Assembly: GCA_047456295.1 (NCBI GenBank)
Contig: CP179887.1
Span: forward strand, 623,159 to 687,158
DNA length: 64,000 nucleotides
Origin: Candidatus Nealsonbacteria bacterium
GTDB lineage: Bacteria; Patescibacteriota; Minisyncoccia; Minisyncoccales; JANBVM01
Reading direction: 5' to 3'
Under the pieces are notes generated by a model. That model saw only the letters and a list, made by a program, of their open reading frames with translations. It did no database searches and was not told the origin of the DNA. The translations under genes were made by a program, and so were the position numbers. Position 1 is the stretch's first letter; every line of letters starts with the position of its first letter. Below, one piece after another: positions 52,433 to 61,100 of the stretch.

Positions 52433-53694
52433 CCACCGAATTCATTCGGTGGATGAATTGCTCATTTTGCGGTATCATAATGGTAATGGAAAAACAAATC
52501 TTGAAAAAAACCTATAGATACAGACTATATCCCACCAAGAATCAGCAAGCTCTTCTGGAAAAACATCTTTCTCTTTGTCGCTGGCTCTACAATCATTTCT
52601 TAGAACAAAGAAAACATGCTTATGAGAGGAACAAAACAAAGATTAGCTGTTATGATCAAATCAAAGAGATACCAAAATTTAAGAAAGAAAAACCAGAATT
52701 AAAAAAGATACATTCTCAAGTCCTCCAAGACGCAGTCAGAAGGTTGGACAAAGCCTTCCAGAATTTCTTCAGAAGAGTAAAAGAAAACAAACAGGGTAGG
52801 AAGCAAAAACCAGGTTATCCCAGGTTTAAAGGATATTGGAGATACGACAGCTTTATCTATCCTCAATCAGGGTTTGAATTAAAAAACAACAATAAACTCA
52901 ATCTTTCTAAAATAGGTTTAGTTAGAATAAAGCTTCATCGGGAGATTAAAGGAAACATTAAAACCCTAACCATCAGAAGAACAAGAACTAATAAATGGTA
53001 TGCCTGTTTTTCAGTAGAGAACAATAAGGAATTACCAAACAAAAAGAAAATCAAGAAAGCAATTGGTATAGATGTAGGACTGACCAGCTTTCTAACTACT
53101 AATCAAGGTGAAAAGATAAATAATCCAAGGTATTTAACTAAATCAGAACAAAAACTATCTAAACTCCAAAAACAACACTCCAGAAAAAAACTCAAAGGCA
53201 ACAACAGAAGTAAATCAAGGTTAAAAGTAGCCAGATTACATGAAAGAATAACTAATCAAAGACAAGATTTTCTTCACAAACTAAGTAATAAATTAGTAAA
53301 CAACTTCCAACTCATTGCCTTTGAGAAACTAAATATCAAAGGAATGATAAAGAATAAATATCTTTCAAGGTCGATCTTAGATGCTTCCTGGGCTAAATTC
53401 TTACAACAGCTTACATACAAAGCGGAAGAAGCTGGTGTCTGGGCAGTAGGAGTTAACCCCAAACGGACATCTCAAATCTGCAGTGGCTGCAACGCTCCTG
53501 TTAAAAAGACATTAGCCAAAAGAATTCATAAATGTCCTAATTGTGGACTAACCATAGATAGAGATATAAATGCAGCCAGAAACATACTTCAATTAGCTCT
53601 AAATACCGTAGGAGCTACGGGAATCAACGCCTGTGGAGTTGAGAGAATACTCCCGACTATGAAACAGGAAGCTACCGTTTTTAAACGGTGGTAG
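52433..53694 (+). mobile_element. TnpB-only IS200/IS605-family (IS1341-like) element, ends approximate
   Basis: Subterminal hairpins with related arms: CCACCGAA-ttca-TTCGGTGG (52433-52452) and ACCGTT-ttta-AACGGT(GG) (53674-53689). Single tnpB ORF, no tnpA. Confidence 0.7.
52486..53694 (+). CDS. tnpB: TnpB (IS605 OrfB) RNA-guided endonuclease family protein
   Basis: KTYRYRLYPTKNQ start typical of OrfB. RuvC-like D (IGIDVGL), E (AFEKLNIKGM), D (DRDINAARNI). Zinc finger CSGC...CPNCG. A start at 52453/52480 is also possible. Confidence 0.9.
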   Translation: MEKQILKKTYRYRLYPTKNQQALLEKHLSLCRWLYNHFLEQRKHAYERNKTKISCYDQIKEIPKFKKEKPELKKIHSQVLQDAVRRLDKAFQNFFRRVKENKQGRKQKPGYPRFKGYWRYDSFIYPQSGFELKNNNKLNLSKIGLVRIKLHREIKGNIKTLTIRRTRTNKWYACFSVENNKELPNKKKIKKAIGIDVGLTSFLTTNQGEKINNPRYLTKSEQKLSKLQKQHSRKKLKGNNRSKSRLKVARLHERITNQRQDFLHKLSNKLVNNFQLIAFEKLNIKGMIKNKYLSRSILDASWAKFLQQLTYKAEEAGVWAVGVNPKRTSQICSGCNAPVKKTLAKRIHKCPNCGLTIDRDINAARNILQLALNTVGATGINACGVERILPTMKQEATVFKRW

Positions 53695-53695
53695 T

Positions 53696-54271
53696 TCACA
53701 GTTCTTCGTATTTTACTTCTTTGGGAAACAATAATTGAAAAGGATAACCTACATAATTTCTTTTTATTTTTCCGCAGCCAATCTCTTTAAGGAAATTTAT
53801 CATTTGTTCTGTGATTTTTTTGGGGTCTGCTTTTTCATCTTTGCCAATGTACTCAATCTCTACAAAATCTCCAAGCTCTTTTACCTGATCGATAGAGACT
53901 TCATAATCTTTATATATCCAAATTTTTCTTGATTTATCAACCCTGGCAATGGGTTTAAAATTAAGAGCAGTGAGTATTCTTTTTACCTGATTTAAATCTT
54001 CTATCTTAGTTTCAAATTCATCACAATAATGGCTTTTTCCCTTTTCATCAAAATGCCAATTTTTGTAATTTATAGAATAACTGCCGTCTGAATCTCGTAA
54101 TCGTAGCCATTGTCTGACGGGACGGACATCAAGGAAATTGCCATGGGCTGGTGAAAAATAATCATCTGTTTGATGTATTTCAGATTTAAACCTGGCATTT
54201 TTTTCCAAAAAATCTATTAATTTTTTGTTGTTTTCAATATTCACTTGAATTTCAATTTCAATATCGTTCAT
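53696..54271 (-). CDS. CYTH-domain protein (class IV adenylate cyclase / triphosphate tunnel metalloenzyme)
   Basis: N-terminal IEIEIQV (ExExK-like start of the CYTH tunnel), WLRLRD, FVEIEY blocks. 191 aa. Its stop is 1 nt from the tnpB stop. Confidence 0.75.
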   Translation of the reverse strand: MNDIEIEIQVNIENNKKLIDFLEKNARFKSEIHQTDDYFSPAHGNFLDVRPVRQWLRLRDSDGSYSINYKNWHFDEKGKSHYCDEFETKIEDLNQVKRILTALNFKPIARVDKSRKIWIYKDYEVSIDQVKELGDFVEIEYIGKDEKADPKKITEQMINFLKEIGCGKIKRNYVGYPFQLLFPKEVKYEEL

Positions 54272-54320
54272 ATTTTATTGAGGTAATTGTTTCATTATAA
54301 CATCGTTTTTCCTTCAGGGA

Positions 54321-54348
54321 CAAAAAAGCCCCCAAGAATCTGGGGGCT
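54321..54348 (-). terminator. rho-independent terminator of the small zinc-ribbon gene
   Basis: On the minus strand AGCCCCCA-gattct-TGGGGGCT followed by T6. Confidence 0.75.
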
Positions 54349-54376
54349 TTGTCTTCCTGGATTAGCGTCTGAATCT

Positions 54377-54550
54377 TTAAGACCTTCTTTTCATCCAACA
54401 CTCTTTACAATAAATTGGTCTGTCTGGAGAAGGTTTAAAAGGAAGTTCGGTTATTTCTTTTCCGCAATCACTACAGTTCCACTTTCCCTTTACCATTTCC
54501 TTGGGAGGAAAATCTTTCCTTGAGTCTTCGTTAAATTTTTTGAAAGCCAT
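54377..54550 (-). CDS. unlisted 57-aa CxxC-x17-CxxC zinc-ribbon protein
   Basis: Reverse-strand translation MAFKKFNEDSRKDFPPKEMVKGKWNCSDCGKEITELPFKPSPDRPIYCKECWMKRRS. Matches the CxxC-x17-CxxC small-protein pattern (..C-x-x-CG...LPF-x-P...RP-x-YC-x-x-C). Has its own terminator. Confidence 0.7.
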   Translation of the reverse strand: MAFKKFNEDSRKDFPPKEMVKGKWNCSDCGKEITELPFKPSPDRPIYCKECWMKRRS

Positions 54551-55180
54551 ACAAAATCATGTGGGTTAAAATAAAAAGCGACCTTTCTGACTTTCTAAGC
54601 CGCTCTACTTATTAAAGCCTTTGATTTTAACAATTTAAGACCTATAAGATGTCTCGACTTATGAGTCTAGAGTTATTATAGTTATTATTCTGTAAAAGTC
54701 AAAAACACTCATAGAAGAGTATATAGGGTAGGGTTTTGGGACAACTCGTTGAATAACCTTTAATGCTTTGAAAACAACGTCGGTCTATTCAAGTATATTG
54801 GTGTAAATATTATAGCTAAAGCCTTGGTCTAATTTCCTAAAAAGGTATTTTTTCTGTTTTAAAACACCCAAATTCTAATAATTTTCTATATAAACCTTAA
54901 TAAACCTTGAAAGTTTAATTCTTATTTAATGTTTATTTAGGCAGTACTTTTGAACATTTGATTCTGAGTATTTAGCTCTGAATATTTGCTAGGATAAGCT
55001 GCGATCTGAGAGTTTTTCTTGGACTTGTTATTATTAAAACAGTGGTGGGTTTTCGCTACTTCTCTAATAGCCTGGTAGTAAAATGGAAATTATCCACAGG
55101 ATGTATTAATTACTTTGGGTATGTGTTGTATAATAAAGTAATTTCAGGATATAAAGACTTAAATCCCAAAACTCTAAAGT

Positions 55181-58100
55181 ATGTTAAGACAAAAGAGGAC
55201 AGTTTGGGAAAATATCAAAAAATCTTCTCTGGAAAAATATAGAGATGCTTTGAGACATGCTAAAAAGGAACACATAAATATCAAGAGATTATTGAAAAAA
55301 GAAAAAAGAGTTTTCTCCCGGAAGATATGGTGGAGAATTTGTTTTATTAAAAAGAAAACAAAGACTGTTCAGCGTGAGTTTAACAGATATAAAAGGACAT
55401 TAGAAAAAGAGAAAAAGAAAATAGAAGGCAGGTTTGAAGAATCCATTGTTTTTATCGAAAGATATTTTAAAGACATTAAAAAAGAAAACCAGAAAAAGCT
55501 CCTGAAGCATAGAAGAAAAATCAAAAGAGAATTTTTAAGAAAAGGAAAGCTCATTTATGAATCACTCATTGATTTCTTTAAAGGAGCACCATCATTGTTA
55601 AGAAGTCAGTCAGTTTTCCCACAAGAAATCTTGGCCTTTATTTTTAATAACATTAATTTGGGTTTAATTATCCCTATAGAGTTTTTAATTAGTCTTGAAA
55701 AAGATTTACAGAAGATAATTTTAAAAAGGAGAAAAAAACTAGAGATAAAAATAGATGACTTTGGTTTGATTTTTAAAAAACAATGCACGAAAATTAGAAA
55801 GTCATTAAAGAGGAAAGAAAAGGTCTTTTTTCAAAGAATATTATTAGGAGTTTGTTTTATTGAAAAGAGAATAAAGATTGCTCAGTGTGAATACAAAAGA
55901 TATGAAAGGAGATTGCAAAAGAAGAAAGGAAAGACAGAAAAGAAACTAAAACAGTTTACAGTTTTCATCAAAAGATATTTAAGAGAAGTAAAAAGAGAAA
56001 ATCAAAAAAGTTTTTTAAAGTATGAAAGAAAAATTTTAAAAAAGAAAAAACTGTTTTACAAATTACTCTTTAATTCTTTTAATAATCTATCTTTATTAAT
56101 AACTATTCAATTAGACCAAGTGATAAAAACCTTGGTTTTTGTTTCTGATAGTATTCTTCTGAATTTAGTTGATTTGACAGATACTTTAAATTTGATTTTA
56201 GAAAAACAAACTAGAAAAGTTCTGTTAAGATACCGCTGCGAGTATAAAAAAATATTAAGAAAATATGGTCGTGAATACCGAAAATATGAAGGTAAATTAC
56301 TGAAAAAATCAAAAAAGATTTTACTGAAAAACAAAAGTTTGACGCTTCGTTTTGTTCGGAAAAAAGTAAAGATTATAGAGCGTCAGTTCAAAAAATATGA
56401 GAGAAAATTAGAGCAGAAAAAGATAAAAACAGAACAAAAAGCAGAAATATACATTGCACTTTTTGAAGCATCTTATAAAGAACTTAGAAAGGAAAACAGA
56501 AAGAAGTTTCTAAAATACAAAAGAGGACTAAAGAGAATAATCTCTAAAAAAAGAAAAGAAATTGTAATAGGAATTATCAGGTTGTTTTTAGATGTTTTTT
56601 ATTATAGAAACTTATTCGTTGAAATTATCAATGATGAAAAGGAACTTTTTAGAAAATTACTGGATTCAATTGGAGAAAAAATATTAAACCTTTTTGATTT
56701 TGTTGAATGGTATCAAAGAGAATTTCGTTGTTTTGTTATAAGTAATGGTTCTTATCTTCAAAAATTTAAGAGCTGGTTTACTAAAATTACTCAACCATCT
56801 TTTGTCTTTTTAAAAACAACTTCTTTTCCAAGGATAAAAATTGCTAAAATTGTTAAAAACAGCTCTGGGAATTTTTTGATTGTTTGGCTCATCTTTTTAT
56901 TGGTAGCGGGTTGGGTTTTTTCTGGTTGGCCGCGGATTTGGCAAGAACCGCCAGTGCCCCCGGAGATTAAAATAGCTCGAGCAGCAAGCGAAGGGCCAAA
57001 TAGTCCTTCAAGTGCGGTTGAGGATACTACAGGTATAGGTACGGTTTCTTGGACTGGATATACCAATGTATATGCTTCTGATGATTCTCGAGCTACGGCA
57101 TCTCTTGATAAAGCAATTATCAGCTATTATATAAAAGCAACCGGGTTTGGATTTAGTATTCCTACTGGAGCAACGATTAATGGTATAGAAGTTGAGATAG
57201 AACGGAGTGAAGCTGAAACAGACGGTAATATAAAAGATAATTCGGTGAAAATTGTCAAAGGGGGAACGATTAGTGGTGATGAGAAAGCTGATACTGTTAC
57301 TGCTTGGCCGACTAATGATGCTGATGCTTATGCAACATATGGTGGTTCTACCGATCTGTGGGGAGTAAGCTGGACAGCAGAAGATATTAACTCTGCTGAT
57401 TTCGGTGTTGCAATCGCTGCTAAAAATACGGTGCCAGGCAAACCAACTATAGAAACCGCCCAAGTAGATCACATTAGAATTACAGTTACTTATACACCCT
57501 TTGTACTCACCACCACCATTGCTAACGGCACCGACCCGAGTAATGCAACAATTGCTCCAGGTGCCTCTATTATTGATATTGATTCTTTTACCTTTCAGAC
57601 TAATGCTGGCACGGACAGCATCACTGCCGTAACCACCACCCTTTCAGCAGGTTCCTCAGAAGGCATAAGCGAGATAAGGATTACCAGTGATGATGGAACA
57701 ACCCTTTACTTTAACGCTGTCAGCAATCCAGCCAGCGATACCATAGGTTTCAGCGGTGGCACTCCTATTCCGGCCAGCACAACAGCCACCCAATTCAAGA
57801 TACGCATCACTCCCAAAACCCATGCCAATATGCCTGTTCCACCAGGCTCTGACTATACTGTTACAGGTACCATAACTGCCTGGACCAGCACCAATGAGCA
57901 ATCAGGTACTGATACAGGAAGCGCCACCATTACCATTGACAACCAATCACCAGCCAATGTTACTGATGCCAGTGGTTCAGCTGGAGACACCCAGGTATCT
58001 CTGAACTGGACCAACCCTGTAGATGCTGACTTAGACAGCATTGTAGTCTTGAGAGCAACATCAACAGTCACTGATACTCCTGTTGAAGGAACCACCTACA

Positions 58101-61100
58101 CTGTTGGAAACACCATTGGAACCAGCACTGTAGCCTGTATTGCCACTTCTACAGAAACATCCTGCACTGATACAGGTCTGACCAATGGTATAGCTTATCA
58201 CTACAAAATATTCACAAAAGACACCAATGGAAACTATTCAGCCACAGGAGTAGTTCCTACAGGGTCACCGTTTACGCCAACCCTGACCCCTAAGACCACC
58301 ATTGCTAACGGCACCGACCCTGATAATGCAACAATTGCTCCAGAAACTTCCATTCTTGACCTTGATTCTTTTACCTTCCAGACCAACATCAATACTGATT
58401 CCATCACTGCCGCAACCACCACCCTTTCAACAGGTTCATCAGAAGGCATAAGTGAGATAAGGATTACCAGTGATGACGGAGCAACACTGTATTTTAGCGC
58501 TGTCAGCAACCCAGCCAGCGATACCATAGGTTTCAGCGGAGGCACTCCTATTCCAGCCAGCACCACCCTCACCCAATTCAAGATACGCATCACTCCCAAA
58601 ACCCATGCCAATATGCCTGTTCCACCAGGCTCTGACTATACTGTTACAGGTACCATAACTGCCTGGACAAGCACCAATGAGCAGGCTGGCACTGATACGG
58701 GCAGCGCCACCATTACCATTGACAACCAATCACCAGCCAATGTTACCAGTGCCAGCGGTTCAGCTGGAGACACCCAGGTATCTCTGAACTGGACCAATTC
58801 TACGTCTACTGATTTAGACAGCACTGTAGTCTTGAGAGCAACATCAACAGTCACTGATACGCCTGTTGAAGGAACCACTTACAGCGTTGAAGACCCCATT
58901 GGAACCAGCATTGTGGCCTGTATTGCCACTTCTACAGAAACATCCTGCACTGACACAGGTTTGACCAACGGCACAGCCTATCACTACAAAATATTCACCA
59001 AAGACACCAATGAAAACTATTCAGCTACTGGAGTAGTTCCAACAGGGTCACCGTTTACGCCCAGCGCAGCGCCAACCACTTATCTTGGCAACGGCACTGA
59101 CCCTTCAAACACCACAGTAGAGCCGGGAAGCACAAATCAATATCTTGACCAGTTTAGTTTTAACACCAACACTGGTACTGATTCAATTAGTGCCTTGACA
59201 GTTACGAGTGCCAGCACCACTGCTATTGCCAGCATGCAGATTTGGAGTGATGATTTAGGCACCCAATATTTTACAACCGTTTCTTCTCCGGTCGGCGACA
59301 GCTGGAACTTTTCAGACGGCACTGCCATTCCGGTAAACATCACCACAGCCTATTTTAGAGTCATTGTCAATTTCAAAGACCATGTCAGTCTTGCCTCCGG
59401 AAGCTATGCGGTGACAGGCTATGTTTCTTCTTTTACAAGCACTAATATTCAATCTGGTTCGGATAGTGCCGGCACCACTATTATTGTTGATAATTCACCG
59501 CCAGCAGATGCGACTTGGGGAACGATTACGCCCGGTGATGAACAGGTCATCCTTAACTGGACAAATCCCGAGGATTTAGATTTTAGCGAAGTTTTAATTT
59601 TAAGAAGCACATCTTCGCCGATTACTGATGCGCCAACCGATGGGAGTACGTATTCAGCTCCCGGAACAATTGGCAGTAGTGATATTATCTATGTAGGCAG
59701 TCTTCAAACTTTTACTGATACTGGTTTAACAAACGATACCTCTTATTTTTACAAAATCTTCAGCCGCGACACGTACAAAAACTATTCTGGAGGAGTTCAA
59801 ACAGGACCACATACGCCAACAGAACCGCCCACCACTAGTCTCGGCAACGGCACCGACCCCGGTAATGCAACAATTGCTCCAGGTTCTTCAGCCACTATGC
59901 TTGATTCTTTTACTTTCCAGACCAATACTGGCACTGATCCCATCACTGCCGCAACCACTACCCTTTCAGCAGGTTCCTCAGGAGGAATAAGTTTGATAGA
60001 AATTACAAGCGATGATGGTGTTAGTGTCTATGGTTCTGTTTCAGACCCAGCAGCAGATTCTGTATCTATCACGCTTACCGGACTGACAGCCAGCACCACC
60101 CTCACCCAATTCAAGATACGCATCACTCCCAAAACCCATGCCAATATGCCTGTTCCACCAGGCTCTGACTATACTGTTACAGGTACCATAACTGCCTGGA
60201 CAAGCACCAATGAGCAGGCTGGCACTGATACGGGCAGCGCCACCATTACCATTGACAACCAATCACCAGCCAATGTTACCAGTGCCAGCGGTTCAGCTGG
60301 AGACACCCAGGTATCTCTGAACTGGACCAATTCTACGTCTACTGATTTAGACAGCACTGTAGTCTTGAGAGCAACATCAACAGTCACTGATACGCCTGTT
60401 GAAGGAACCACTTACAGCGTTGAAGACCCCATTGGAACCAGCATTGTGGCCTGTATTGCCACTTCTACAGAAACATCCTGCACTGACACAGGTTTGACCA
60501 ACGGCACAGCCTATCACTACAAAATATTCACCAAAGACACCAATGAAAACTATTCAGCTACTGGAGTAGTTCCAACAGGGTCACCGTTTACGCCCAGCGC
60601 AGCGCCAACCACTTATCTTGGCAACGGCACTGACCCTTCAAACACCACAGTAGAGCCGGGAAGCACAAATCAATATCTTGACCAGTTTAGTTTTAACACC
60701 AACACTGGTACTGATTCAATTAGTGCCTTGACAGTTACGAGTGCCAGCACCACTGCTATTGCCAGCATGCAGATTTGGAGTGATGATTTAGGCACCCAAT
60801 ATTTTACAACCGTTTCTTCTCCGGTCGGCGACAGCTGGAACTTTTCAGACGGCACTGCCATTCCGGTAAACATCACCACAGCCTATTTTAGAGTCATTGT
60901 CAATTTCAAAGACCATGTCAGTCTTGCCTCCGGAAGCTATGCGGTGACAGGCTATGTTTCTTCTTTTACAAGCACTAATATTCAATCTGGTTCGGATAGT
61001 GCCGGCACCACTATTATTGTTGATAATTCACCGCCAGCAGATGCGACTTGGGGAACGATTACGCCCGGTGATGAACAGGTCATCCTTAACTGGACAAATC

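Noticed and set aside
54287-54523. Plus-strand 78-aa ORF
   Set aside because: It is antisense to the much more convincing 57-aa CxxC-x17-CxxC gene (54377..54550, minus), and it runs through that gene's terminator hairpin.
55042-55242. 66-aa ORF just upstream of, and overlapping, the giant gene's start
   Set aside because: It is in a different frame, overlaps the first 62 nt of the giant ORF and lies in AT-rich promoter-like sequence. It has no motif and is probably spurious.
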